A stretch of DNA of 64,000 nt from an uncultured Candidatus Saccharibacteria bacterium (GTDB lineage: Bacteria; Patescibacteriota; Minisyncoccia; Phycocordibacterales; UBA2100). Of the stretch, positions 48,429 through 57,450 are shown piece by piece; the first letter of the stretch is position 1, and each line of letters starts with the position of its first letter. The notes under the pieces are model-generated. The model was not told the origin of the DNA. It saw only the letters and a list, made by a program, of their open reading frames with translations, and did not search any database. Made by a program: the position numbers and the translations under genes. Location of the stretch: the NCBI GenBank assembly GCA_964584225.1, contig CAZOZG010000002.1:5127-69126 (forward strand), in the 5' to 3' direction.

Positions 48429-49405
48429 ATCAGCTCGAGCATTTCGCGCGCGACATCTTTGTACATACGTACTGTTTTGAATGCTCTGACTCGCTCGCAC
48501 AGTGCCTGATACTTCGACGTATCTGCCAAATCTTGTATGCCGCTGATCATGTCTGATTCACTTAATGGATCGACAATGACACCGTATTCGCGGAATTGTT
48601 CGGCGTAGCCCGAATATTTCGTGAGGAGAAACGGTTTGCCGCAGCGTAAGGCGTCGATGACAGAATTCGGGGCGACGTCAGAGATCGAAGGGACGGCAAC
48701 GGCGTGTGCACGCGCAATGCGTGAAAAAAGCTCATCGCGACTCATGCTGGAGAGTTCGACGAGGGAAAGATTCGTATGTGCAGCCTCGAATGCTTTTCGG
48801 AACGCAGATTGATTTTTTAGCTTCAGATTGCGACCGAAGACAAGTACCTCGCCGCTTGATTCCTGTGGTGCGATGCGCTCGGGTATCACATTCTCGACAA
48901 CATGACAGCGCGCTTCGTCTAAATCATAGTAATCCTCCCATACGTTGATGAGCCAGCGTGTATTGAACACGAGCGTCGCGTGATTGAGCATCCAGCGCAC
49001 CGAGCGAAATGCTACCCGTTCTTTATTGTTCAACCGATCTAAATGTTCATACAGTTGCGGAAGTGGCACAAGATCACCGGTGCGCTCGACATAGGATTCC
49101 CACGCGAAATCGCCTCCGACACGGATAAGTACCGGCTTACGCAATAGCATGCCGACGAATGCCGCAGGCACACCGACACTGTACGTATCGAATGCAAAAA
49201 TCGCATCGGCACCGACCGACGCGAAGAAGAGTTTGATCCCATACAAAAGGTGGCGAACGCCACTTGGCAATTTGCGCAGCGAACCGAACAACACGAGCGG
49301 GGCCCGGTGCCCGGATGCTTCAAGCGCTTTTTTTACACCTTCAGCATAGAGCGCAGGCCCACCGATTTCTGGCGGGTAAATTCCCGTCGCAATCACAATC
49401 CGCAT
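48425..49405 (-). CDS. GT4 glycosyltransferase
   Basis: MRIVIATGIYPPEIGGPA.Y, GDFAWE, PS..D..PN; TAGTCT 7 nt upstream of ATG 49405. Confidence 0.85.
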   Translation of the reverse strand: MRIVIATGIYPPEIGGPALYAEGVKKALEASGHRAPLVLFGSLRKLPSGVRHLLYGIKLFFASVGADAIFAFDTYSVGVPAAFVGMLLRKPVLIRVGGDFAWESYVERTGDLVPLPQLYEHLDRLNNKERVAFRSVRWMLNHATLVFNTRWLINVWEDYYDLDEARCHVVENVIPERIAPQESSGEVLVFGRNLKLKNQSAFRKAFEAAHTNLSLVELSSMSRDELFSRIARAHAVAVPSISDVAPNSVIDALRCGKPFLLTKYSGYAEQFREYGVIVDPLSESDMISGIQDLADTSKYQALCERVRAFKTVRMYKDVAREMLELI

Positions 49406-49430
49406 GAGAAATAGACTACAGCAAAGCGAA

Positions 49431-49451
49431 GAGGCGCGCCATGCGCGCCTC
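49431..49451 (-). terminator. GC-rich hairpin, probable terminator of the 43-aa ORF
   Basis: GAGGCGCGC-N3-GCGCGCCTC followed by TTCGCTTT on the minus strand (weak U-tract). Confidence 0.5.
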
Positions 49452-49463
49452 CGCATATAGTAC

Positions 49464-49595
49464 TCACTCCGCATGAAGCCATCGCCCCATCGGAGTCTGG
49501 GTGTAGTCGTGTACCGCTTGCGCAGACACCTGCGCACACGCGACGTACCATTCATACCACCATCCGACGTTGACCCAGTAGAAAAATGCTGCCAT
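49464..49595 (-). CDS. 43-aa Trp/Tyr-rich small protein
   Basis: AGGAGG SD 7 nt before ATG 49595; MAAFFYWVNVGWWYEWYVACAQVSAQAVHDYTQTPMGRWLHAE; sits wholly in an intergenic gap with a downstream hairpin. Confidence 0.6.
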   Translation of the reverse strand: MAAFFYWVNVGWWYEWYVACAQVSAQAVHDYTQTPMGRWLHAE

Positions 49596-49647
49596 GGCTG
49601 ATCCTCCTACTGCCGACAGCAAACACCCGAACTCGACCGGGCGCAAG

Positions 49648-50868
49648 TCAGTTATCCGCTCGTCGTGCAGTGTCAAAGAGACGCGATTGCGCACGCGCGA
49701 TCAAGTTCCAGTCGTATTTTTCCACCACCAGGGCGCGCGCGTTTTTGACTATGCGAGCGACGAGCGCCGGGTCATCAAGGTATCGTCGAACCGCGGCAGC
49801 GACCGATTGCGGATCGCGGACATTGCAGAAAAGTCCCGTCGGTTCATGTTCAGGATTTCTATCTGGATCGAAGAGAAAATCCGGAATACCGCCGACTGGC
49901 GTCGCGACGACAGGAATGCCCGCGGCGAACGCTTCGACAAACGCGCTCCCCATGCCCTCGATAATCGACGGGCGGACAAAAATATCTGAAATCCTTAAAA
50001 GCGCCGGAATGTCTGTGTGATCGATGCTTCCGGCGAAGATAACGCGGCCTGACGCGATTTTATTCGCATGTATTTCGAGTTTACCGCGATCTTCCCCATC
50101 GCCAGCGATCAACAACTTCACATGCGCCGGAAGATGTGGGAGTGCAGCGATAATATCTTCGACGCCGCGCGAAAGCACCAAGCGAGATGCAGTAAACAAA
50201 AACACGTCACCCATTCTTTTATCAAATCGTTTCTTCAAGTCTAGTAGTTTTTGATCGTCAATCGGCGCGGAAAATTGTGCGACGTCGACTGCGTTTGGAA
50301 TGACATCGATCGGCCCATGATAGCCAATGTCGCGCGTCAATCGCTCGATGAAATTTGAAATTACTTTGATTCGGTCCGCTCGCCTATATATGGCCCTATA
50401 GAGACCCCAGATTGCTCGCAGCAACGGCTGGCGATCCTTGATTTGCTGCAGGGAATTACCGTCCTGGAGCTCAAGCACGTACGGAATATTTCTGTGCACG
50501 AGCTTGAAAAAGAGTGCTCCGAATCCTGCTTGGTTGGCCAGCATCGCCCAGACGACATCGTATCGATTCGCCTGATTGAGCGAGAGCGCTTTGAAAAACG
50601 ACGTAACAGGAAAAAGGATTTTCGCGACCTTGCATTGCCAAGGCATCGCGCGATCGGAAATCTTCGGATGATCCGCGGTGAATCCAATGCGATAGACGGT
50701 AATGTTCCCTACCTTTTCGACGCGCGGAAGATTGCGATCGAATCGGAGTGTAATCATGTCAAAGGTGTACTCATTCGGACTGATCCGATCGGTGATTTCT
50801 TTCATCGCAAGTTCTGCGCCACCCACATACGGCACATACGCGAGCGAAAATATGAGGACTCGTTTCAT
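49648..50868 (-). CDS. GT4 glycosyltransferase
   Basis: Y.P.VGGAE, IPNAVD, RPS..EGMG..FVEA.AAG.PV.AT.VGGIPD. Confidence 0.92.
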   Translation of the reverse strand: MKRVLIFSLAYVPYVGGAELAMKEITDRISPNEYTFDMITLRFDRNLPRVEKVGNITVYRIGFTADHPKISDRAMPWQCKVAKILFPVTSFFKALSLNQANRYDVVWAMLANQAGFGALFFKLVHRNIPYVLELQDGNSLQQIKDRQPLLRAIWGLYRAIYRRADRIKVISNFIERLTRDIGYHGPIDVIPNAVDVAQFSAPIDDQKLLDLKKRFDKRMGDVFLFTASRLVLSRGVEDIIAALPHLPAHVKLLIAGDGEDRGKLEIHANKIASGRVIFAGSIDHTDIPALLRISDIFVRPSIIEGMGSAFVEAFAAGIPVVATPVGGIPDFLFDPDRNPEHEPTGLFCNVRDPQSVAAAVRRYLDDPALVARIVKNARALVVEKYDWNLIARAQSRLFDTARRADN

Positions 50869-50879
50869 TTGTATCGCGG

Positions 50880-51320
50880 CTATTTTACGAGCCCGAACAG
50901 CAAGCGCGAAATCGCGTCTCGACTTTTGATTGCGTTTTCCTTGATTTGTTGATATCGCTTCCTCAATTCGTCACGCTCGGCCGCCAAGTGGGATTGCTGT
51001 GCGCCGGTCGCGCTCGGCAACATGTCGTCATAGCCTGCCATAGCTGCTTGAAACCGACGATCGGTAACTACATCACCTAAATCATTTATCGCACTGTATG
51101 CGGTTTCCGATTTTTTCATCGCGGCCGAGACGGTTTCAAAAAATCCAGCTGATTGTTGGTCTCCCGATTTCTGCTTCAAGAAATTTGTTGCGACACCGTA
51201 GCCAAGCGCAGCGAATATGCGGGCGATTTCACCGGGCCCTCGCGCCGACTGCCGCTCAAATGTCTGCCACGGTTCGGCTTTGCTTTCAGGCTTTTCTGTT
51301 GTGCGTGGTCGTTCAAGCAT
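50880..51320 (-). CDS. Hypothetical helical protein
   Basis: 146-aa ORF, 8-nt overlap with upstream ORF, fills the gap. Confidence 0.55.
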   Translation of the reverse strand: MLERPRTTEKPESKAEPWQTFERQSARGPGEIARIFAALGYGVATNFLKQKSGDQQSAGFFETVSAAMKKSETAYSAINDLGDVVTDRRFQAAMAGYDDMLPSATGAQQSHLAAERDELRKRYQQIKENAIKSRDAISRLLFGLVK

Positions 51321-51591
51321 AGCTTTCGCTCAATGTCTTTTCTTCCGCTAGGGCGGCGTCCCACTTGGTCAGATTATTTTCGTTCAGCGCTTCGTGTTTC
51401 TGCCGAATGTTTTTCGTTGCAGTTGCGACGTGCGCTCGGTCTTCACTGAGAAATTGGACCAACTCATCGCAGTATTCTGGCGGGAGCGTTGCGACGACTT
51501 GTTGCCACAGATCTAGATCCGAACGGGATACGCCGTATGCCGGATCACTCACGATCTCTATAATCGATTGCGCAGTACCCATACGCTGCAT
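51313..51591 (-). CDS. Hypothetical small helical protein
   Basis: 92-aa ORF coupled to 50880..51320. Confidence 0.55.
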   Translation of the reverse strand: MQRMGTAQSIIEIVSDPAYGVSRSDLDLWQQVVATLPPEYCDELVQFLSEDRAHVATATKNIRQKHEALNENNLTKWDAALAEEKTLSESYA

Positions 51592-51610
51592 TCTATATCG
51601 TCCTTGTCAT

Positions 51611-51642
51611 AAGAAAAACCCCCAGCCTGAGCCAGGGGTTTT
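51611..51642 (-). terminator. Probable intrinsic terminator
   Basis: AAAACCCC-N12-GGGGTTTT followed by TCTT on the minus strand, downstream of 51667 gene. Confidence 0.55.
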
Positions 51643-51666
51643 GTATTTGGCCACTAGGAATGTGCT

Positions 51667-52119
51667 CTAGTGCAGCACGTTGGCAACGTCTTCGAGAGCG
51701 TCGGCGCTTGCCGAGTGCCCTTTCGAGCGCAAAAACCGGGAGCCGTGCTTGACGGCAAGGCCAAGACCGGTCTTGAGCGAGTCATGCAGACGCGTTTTCT
51801 GTTGCTCGTCGAGCGATTGGTACGCACCGTATGCACGGCCGACGGGCGCAGGTTCCATCCTCCGACTCGTCGCGATGCTAAACAGTGTCGCCAACCAGGG
51901 GCCCGATATTGCGAGCAGCATCGAGACAACGACGCCGACAATTGCGAGGCCCGGAGGATGCTCCAGGTGACTCACGAAATAAATCGTCGACGCGATGTAC
52001 AGTGTCGTGCATGCGAAGCTCCAGGCGATGAAGAAAAACAGCGCCCGACGCAATCGCGCGTAGCCAAACAAGAAGCTGACAATGAGCACAAGTAGTGGCA
52101 GCATCAGTAAAACTTTCAT
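51667..52119 (-). CDS. Hypothetical membrane protein (3 TM)
   Basis: AAAGGAGG SD before ATG 52119; three hydrophobic segments; own promoter and terminator. Confidence 0.7.
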   Translation of the reverse strand: MKVLLMLPLLVLIVSFLFGYARLRRALFFFIAWSFACTTLYIASTIYFVSHLEHPPGLAIVGVVVSMLLAISGPWLATLFSIATSRRMEPAPVGRAYGAYQSLDEQQKTRLHDSLKTGLGLAVKHGSRFLRSKGHSASADALEDVANVLH

Positions 52120-52163
52120 AGTCCCTCCTTTGGACAAAAAGTCTCTGATTTGATCCAGTCGGT

Positions 52164-52192
52164 ATTATACTTTGGAATCCTTACGTAGTCAA
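52164..52192 (-). promoter_or_regulatory. Near-consensus sigma70 promoter
   Basis: TTGACT-17 nt-TATAAT on the minus strand upstream of 52119. Confidence 0.7.
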
Positions 52193-52194
52193 GC

Positions 52195-53064
52195 TCACTG
52201 CTCTTGGGCTTTCAGCGAGTCGATATACTGCTTGACGGTCATTTGCGTTTTCCAGCCAAACTCCTTCTCGGCGCGAGATGTGTCGACGATCGAATCCATG
52301 CGATTACCTGGCCTCTCTGGAAGCATTTCGATGTTGTCGGTAAACATCTTTGCAATATCGAGAATCGAATATGATTCGGGCGCGCCAAGTCCGTAATCGT
52401 CGCCCTGCCCCTGTTCCCCGACCATCATCAGCCCACGCGCGAGATCATCGACGTGGGTGAAGTTTCGCTTTTGCGTCCCCGGCGCACGCACGGTGATCGG
52501 TTTCCCTTCTTTATAGAGCGTCTTGAAAATTCCCATAACGCTGCCGTACTTCGGGTCGGTGCTCTCGCGCGCGCCGTAGGCATTGTAGAAATACGTGACG
52601 GCGTATGGGAGCTGGAACCAATTGCCGTAATTCCGGGCAAGCTCCGTATTCGACGCCTTCATCCACGCATATGGCGATTGATCGCGGCCCATGCCGCCGT
52701 CGGCGAATTTCGTGGAGGAGCCCGCATAGACCAATTTGCAGCCGCGCGCACGCCAGTATTCGAAAACTTTGTGCGTGCCCAAGACGTTGCTCTCCCACAC
52801 GAGCGGGAGATCACTGAAGCTCTGCTCGACACGCGAGTATTCGCCGAGGTGAAAAATGATCTTTGGTTTTTCTTTGCCCAAGAGTTCTTCGATGTCTTTG
52901 GTGTGCCCTTCGACGTATTCTGCAACAGTGACATGATTTTCCTTTTTACCGATGAAGTAATTGTCGAGCGAGACGACGCGATATTTCGGCAGCAACATCT
53001 CAATGAGGCGAGAGCCGATCATGCCCGCCCCGCCCGTGACGATCACGGTTTCTTTTCCAGCCAT
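52195..53064 (-). CDS. NAD-dependent epimerase/dehydratase (extended SDR)
   Basis: TGGAGMIG, LDNY, SPYAWMK (YxxxK), NAYG, RNFTHVDD. Confidence 0.9.
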   Translation of the reverse strand: MAGKETVIVTGGAGMIGSRLIEMLLPKYRVVSLDNYFIGKKENHVTVAEYVEGHTKDIEELLGKEKPKIIFHLGEYSRVEQSFSDLPLVWESNVLGTHKVFEYWRARGCKLVYAGSSTKFADGGMGRDQSPYAWMKASNTELARNYGNWFQLPYAVTYFYNAYGARESTDPKYGSVMGIFKTLYKEGKPITVRAPGTQKRNFTHVDDLARGLMMVGEQGQGDDYGLGAPESYSILDIAKMFTDNIEMLPERPGNRMDSIVDTSRAEKEFGWKTQMTVKQYIDSLKAQEQ

Positions 53065-53104
53065 TGAGCTTCACTCTACAACAATTTTGTGGCTCTATCC
53101 AACC

Positions 53105-54934
53105 TTATTCGTGACTTCCGCCGTTGAGGACTTTTTGCAATTCTTCGGGCGAGACTTCGCCATTGCTTTTGCTTTCGGGAGGACGTGGTGCCGGAGGCCG
53201 TGGAGCTTCTGCTGCTGGAGCGCGGACGGGTTGTGGCTGCGGGCGAGGATGCGGCGAGGGATTACTGTGTGTCTTTGCAGACATGCGAGAGCGTAAGACA
53301 TCTGCGGGAGAGCGCTGTCCAGATGCGTTTGACGGATTTTCCTGGGGCGCGGCGGCAGGCCTTGCCGCAGCGATTGCGTCGCGGAGCGCTCCGCGCTCCG
53401 CGGGTGCGGCTTGCGGCTGCGCCTGCGGCGGACGAGGAGCATTTTGAGGTCGCACGTATCGATCTTCTCGGCGCGGGATGAATTCGCGCGGCTCGCGCTG
53501 CATCTGGGGACGTGGCCCACGATCGGATCGGTCATCTCGTGGCGCGCCATCGCGCGGACCGTTCCATCGCCGCTCCCCCATCCCGCGTCGCTCGGCGGGT
53601 GCGCCCGCGGGTCGCGGGGGCGGTGCGAATTCTGCCTGACGTTTATTGACTGATGCTTCAATGTCGGTGCGTTTCCTCCCAAACTCTTCGCGTGAATTTG
53701 AAATCACATCATCGCGATACGAAACAGGCGGCGCCTCGATGGGCGCGATGGTGTCTGCAGAAAATGGTGGTGAGCCTACACCGTCGATCATGAGCGTGAG
53801 ATAGATTTGTCCGATTCCAAGGCCTGCCAGATCCTCGGCCGTAAATGTCGGGTCAAACACGGTTTCCAAAACTTCCGCGTCAAAAGGCCCGACGCGGAAA
53901 CACACGAGCGTCCCGATGTTGCCGAAAACCGCATCTCGCACTTTTTCTTCCATTTGCTCGATGTATTGGTTGGCGAGTGTGAGCGCAAGTTTGTATTTGC
54001 GCGATTCGGAAAGAATGTCGGCGAACGCCTCGTTCATCATCGACTGGAACTCGTCGACGTAAAAATAAAAGCGAGGCAACTTCGCCATCCGGAGAGGCGG
54101 CTCGTCGGCTCGCGAAATCGCCGCGAGATAAATCTTCACGACAAGCATTGATCCTAGAAGCGCGGCATTGGTCTCACCCATGCGCCCTTTTGAAAGGTTC
54201 ACAATGAAAATCTTTTTCTCATCCATCATTTGGCGGAGATCGAAAGTCGACTTCGGTTGCCCGACAATATTACGAATCAACGGGTTCGAGGTGAATTGAC
54301 CGACTTTGTTTTGAATCGCCGGCGTCGCTTCACGCGTATAGGTATCGGTAAAGCTCGCAAATTCTTCCGTCCAGAACGATTTGACTATCGGGTCGGTGAT
54401 GCGCTCAATCACCGCGGCGCGAAATACTTTGTTGGTGAGCATTCTGTTGACGTCGAGCAATGTGGAGCCAGGGTACTCGAGCAGTGCGAGCAAGGTGTTT
54501 TGCAAAATATATTCCATACGTGCACTCCACGCATCGACCCAGATACGCTTCAGTGCGCCCATGAGTCCGGAGACGACGAGATGTCGTTTCTCGTAGCCGA
54601 CGTCTTCCATCACGTTGAAGCCAACCGGATAGTCGGTGTCGAAAGGCGCGAAATAGACGACGTCTTTCAAGCGGTCGTGCGGGACGAAATTGAGGAGTCG
54701 CTCGGCGGTCGCACCGTGCGGATCGATGAAGGCGATACCTTCCCCGTTTTGGATGTCTTGGATCGCCATGTTCTCGAGCATTGTGGATTTACCCATGCCG
54801 GTCTTACCGATGATGTACATGTGCTTCCCTCGGTCGTCGGCGCGAATACCAAACATCTCGCGTTTCCCGCGCATGTGGGTAGCGCCAAAATACGTAATAC
54901 GTTTATCCGGATCGCTTTGGTCATTCCCGGCCAT
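53105..54934 (-). CDS. VirD4/TraG/TrwB-like coupling ATPase with disordered C-terminal tail
   Basis: H.YIIGKTGMGKS (Walker A), IDPHG, LSKG, YVDEFQ (Walker B), SE.RKY.L.L.LANQY, FGN.GT...FRVG. Confidence 0.88.
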   Translation of the reverse strand: MAGNDQSDPDKRITYFGATHMRGKREMFGIRADDRGKHMYIIGKTGMGKSTMLENMAIQDIQNGEGIAFIDPHGATAERLLNFVPHDRLKDVVYFAPFDTDYPVGFNVMEDVGYEKRHLVVSGLMGALKRIWVDAWSARMEYILQNTLLALLEYPGSTLLDVNRMLTNKVFRAAVIERITDPIVKSFWTEEFASFTDTYTREATPAIQNKVGQFTSNPLIRNIVGQPKSTFDLRQMMDEKKIFIVNLSKGRMGETNAALLGSMLVVKIYLAAISRADEPPLRMAKLPRFYFYVDEFQSMMNEAFADILSESRKYKLALTLANQYIEQMEEKVRDAVFGNIGTLVCFRVGPFDAEVLETVFDPTFTAEDLAGLGIGQIYLTLMIDGVGSPPFSADTIAPIEAPPVSYRDDVISNSREEFGRKRTDIEASVNKRQAEFAPPPRPAGAPAERRGMGERRWNGPRDGAPRDDRSDRGPRPQMQREPREFIPRREDRYVRPQNAPRPPQAQPQAAPAERGALRDAIAAARPAAAPQENPSNASGQRSPADVLRSRMSAKTHSNPSPHPRPQPQPVRAPAAEAPRPPAPRPPESKSNGEVSPEELQKVLNGGSHE

Positions 54935-54985
54935 GAGGAAAGTATAGCAAATCTTGCACGTTCGATTGCTTCGTGGTCCTGCGTG

Positions 54986-56089
54986 CTACTGGTACTGAAT
55001 GTAAATCGGCGACGGTGTGAGCTTCAATACTTGCGCAGGTGTCATCATGCCGGTCGATGGTGGCTTGAGGTCGTTTTTGTAGAAAAGCTTGAAGCCGGTG
55101 AATTGCACAGGCTCATCTGCAACGATGTTGACGAAGGTATTGATTTTCTTCGCCTGATCGCCCCAGCCGTCCATATCCATCACGATCTGCACTTCTGGCA
55201 ACGGCTGTATTTTCTCCGCATTCGTGACCATGTCTTGCGTAAAGCGATGAATCATCAGAATTTTCGGGGGAAGGTCGTGATCACGTACAATGCCCGCAAG
55301 ATACGTGGCGACCCAATTGATGTCGGTCGCATCGAGTGTGCCAATTTCATCGCCTGGCGGGATTGCGTGTTTCATCGAGAACTCGGGATCGACGCCGACC
55401 ATGACATTTGGCATCGCGAGATATTTCTCATACTGCGGCAATTCTTTTTGCACCGTCGAAAAACCAACCTGAAAATCCAAAAAAACGAGTCCGTGGACCT
55501 GTTGTGCGAGCTCAAGCGCTTTATCGATTTGATCGTCTGGCATGCGGGCGCGATACATGCCATCGGCGCCTTTCGAGGCTTGCGCGGTGACGACGATGTA
55601 ATGAAGGGCAGGTACGACCGGAGTCGAAGGATCTGCGGCGGCCCATTGCACTGTCGTTGACGCGAGACGCTGGAGCATTTCTTCCGGCGGGTACTGACCA
55701 AGGACACCCATTTGAGTGGAATAGAAATTGCCGTAGTAGGCGACAATACGATTGAACGGCAGGAGCGCGCCATCATTCGGGTAGACGGCTTTCGCTGGCC
55801 ATGCGGGCCTATGCGTTTTGGTGTTCGTCGCAAAGCCGTTCGCGTCGAGTGGAGTCGTCGTGCCGGCGAGAAACGCGAAGTACCAAGGACTTGAAGTGGC
55901 GATGTGCGCGAGTGCGAGTAGCTTTTCGTCGTACGCGCGCTTATCGAGGGGCGGACGCGTGATGCGTACTGTGTCGACGGGGTTGTCGCGATCGAAGGAA
56001 ACTTGCGGCGCGGCGAGCGAGATAGCGCTCGCCGCGCCGCCCAACACGATCACAATGCCAGCGAGGTAGCCAGCGTTACGCCATGTCAT
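54986..56089 (-). CDS. Conserved hypothetical membrane-anchored/secreted protein
   Basis: N-terminal TM; RIVAYYGN...MGVLG, LD.Q.G, DPEF, HRFT..M, DG.G, GFKLFY pattern. Confidence 0.75.
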   Translation of the reverse strand: MTWRNAGYLAGIVIVLGGAASAISLAAPQVSFDRDNPVDTVRITRPPLDKRAYDEKLLALAHIATSSPWYFAFLAGTTTPLDANGFATNTKTHRPAWPAKAVYPNDGALLPFNRIVAYYGNFYSTQMGVLGQYPPEEMLQRLASTTVQWAAADPSTPVVPALHYIVVTAQASKGADGMYRARMPDDQIDKALELAQQVHGLVFLDFQVGFSTVQKELPQYEKYLAMPNVMVGVDPEFSMKHAIPPGDEIGTLDATDINWVATYLAGIVRDHDLPPKILMIHRFTQDMVTNAEKIQPLPEVQIVMDMDGWGDQAKKINTFVNIVADEPVQFTGFKLFYKNDLKPPSTGMMTPAQVLKLTPSPIYIQYQ

Positions 56090-56303
56090 TCCCATCTGTT
56101 TTCGGAGCGCTTTCAGCATAAGTCTGACTCTGATGCGGCATGACCGGCTGCTTGGGCAGGCGGCTGCGGACAATAATGCCAAGTATGATCACGAGCACCC
56201 CCGCAGCAAACGCCAACACGTCGTGCCAACTTTGCGGTACCCCCAAAAAAGGCTGTAGTGCAACAAACGTCCCGGCAAGTATGATGAGCGCATCAAGCGT
56301 CAT
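56076..56303 (-). CDS. Small 2-TM membrane protein
   Basis: MTLDALIILAG...PFLG.P.SW...; overlaps the start of the downstream gene. Confidence 0.7.
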   Translation of the reverse strand: MTLDALIILAGTFVALQPFLGVPQSWHDVLAFAAGVLVIILGIIVRSRLPKQPVMPHQSQTYAESAPKTDGNDMA

Positions 56304-56388
56304 ATAATCGATTCCGGAAAGTATATCGCACGTTGTGTGAATGGTACACTTCATCCCATTACCATCTGTCGTAGCTCATCTTAGACAT

Positions 56389-56766
56389 ATGATTGATCAT
56401 GCAGGCGTGCACGTTAGCGATTACGAAAAGTCGAAAGCATATTACACACAAGCACTCGCCCCGCTTGGCTATACGCTCATTGCCGACTACGCAGAGTACA
56501 AAGCTGCGGGTTTTGGTGAAAGCGGCAAGGCAGATTTTTGGATCAGTGGCGATGGCGCCGAACAGGATAATCACGTTGCATTTTCCGCAAAAGATAAAGC
56601 AACGGTCAACGCATACTACAAAGCGGCGATGGCCGCAGCTGGCACAGACAACGGTGCACCCGGCTATCGCAAAGATTACTCGCCCGGCTACTACGCGGCA
56701 TTCGTGAAAGACCTGGATGGTCACAACATTGAGGTCGTCTTCCACGATCCAAACCCGAGCGCCTAG
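56389..56766 (+). CDS. VOC/glyoxalase family protein
   Basis: MIDH....VSD...S..YY..AL..LG, HVAF.A, DNGAPG.R..Y..GYYAAFV.D.DG.NIEVV. Confidence 0.92.
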   Translation: MIDHAGVHVSDYEKSKAYYTQALAPLGYTLIADYAEYKAAGFGESGKADFWISGDGAEQDNHVAFSAKDKATVNAYYKAAMAAAGTDNGAPGYRKDYSPGYYAAFVKDLDGHNIEVVFHDPNPSA

Positions 56767-57434
56767 GGTTCAATGATGACGACAAACTCGCCGCGGGCCT
56801 TCTGGCCCGCGGCGAGTTTTTCTTCCAACTCTTTCGGCGCACCAGAAAGTACTTCTTCGTGCATTTTGGTGAGCTCGCGAGCGATTGTGATGCTCGCTTT
56901 TGGTACAAATGAACCAAGCTCCTTCAACAATTTCAAAATTCGGTGTGGCGATTCGTAGAGTACGACGGGGACATCGCTTTTTGCAATTTGTTTGATCGCG
57001 GTTTGCCTTCCCTTTTTGTGCGGTAGAAATCCAATAAACGTAAAAGACTGCGCATCGATACCTGCGATCGACAGTGCAGCAGTGAGCGCGCTTGGGCCTG
57101 GTACTGCGTCGACGATGCCGCCGTGCTCGCGAACAAACGCAACCAAGCGAGAACCGGGGTCCGAAATTCCTGGCGTCCCGGCGTCAGTCACGTAGCAAAT
57201 GTGCTCCCCTCGCTCGAGCCGTTCGAGCACTTCTTTCGCGCCTTTCATCTCCGTCGCCGCATCGAGTCGATGGACCGATTTACGCAAACCGTAGTGGTTT
57301 AAGAGCTTTAGGATTTCACGCGTGTCTTCCGCATAAATTGCCGTGCATTCTTTCAGGTTCCACAGTGCGCGGAAGGTGATGTCGCCCATATTTCCGATGG
57401 GAGTTGCGACGATTGAAAGTTTGCCTTGAGCCAT
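56763..57434 (-). CDS. rsmI: 16S rRNA (C1402-2'-O)-methyltransferase
   Basis: VATPIGN..DIT.RA, AEDTR, DAGTPGISDPG, YESPHR, RELTKMHEE, GEFV. Confidence 0.96.
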   Translation of the reverse strand: MAQGKLSIVATPIGNMGDITFRALWNLKECTAIYAEDTREILKLLNHYGLRKSVHRLDAATEMKGAKEVLERLERGEHICYVTDAGTPGISDPGSRLVAFVREHGGIVDAVPGPSALTAALSIAGIDAQSFTFIGFLPHKKGRQTAIKQIAKSDVPVVLYESPHRILKLLKELGSFVPKASITIARELTKMHEEVLSGAPKELEEKLAAGQKARGEFVVIIEP

Positions 57435-57450
57435 GCGAAAGACGCTACCA

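Noticed and set aside
53105-54934. Conjugative element/ICE
   Set aside because: No relaxase, integrase, VirB4 or att repeats in the window.
54230-55660. 476-aa plus-strand ORF
   Set aside because: Antisense shadow of two well-supported minus-strand genes; no motifs.
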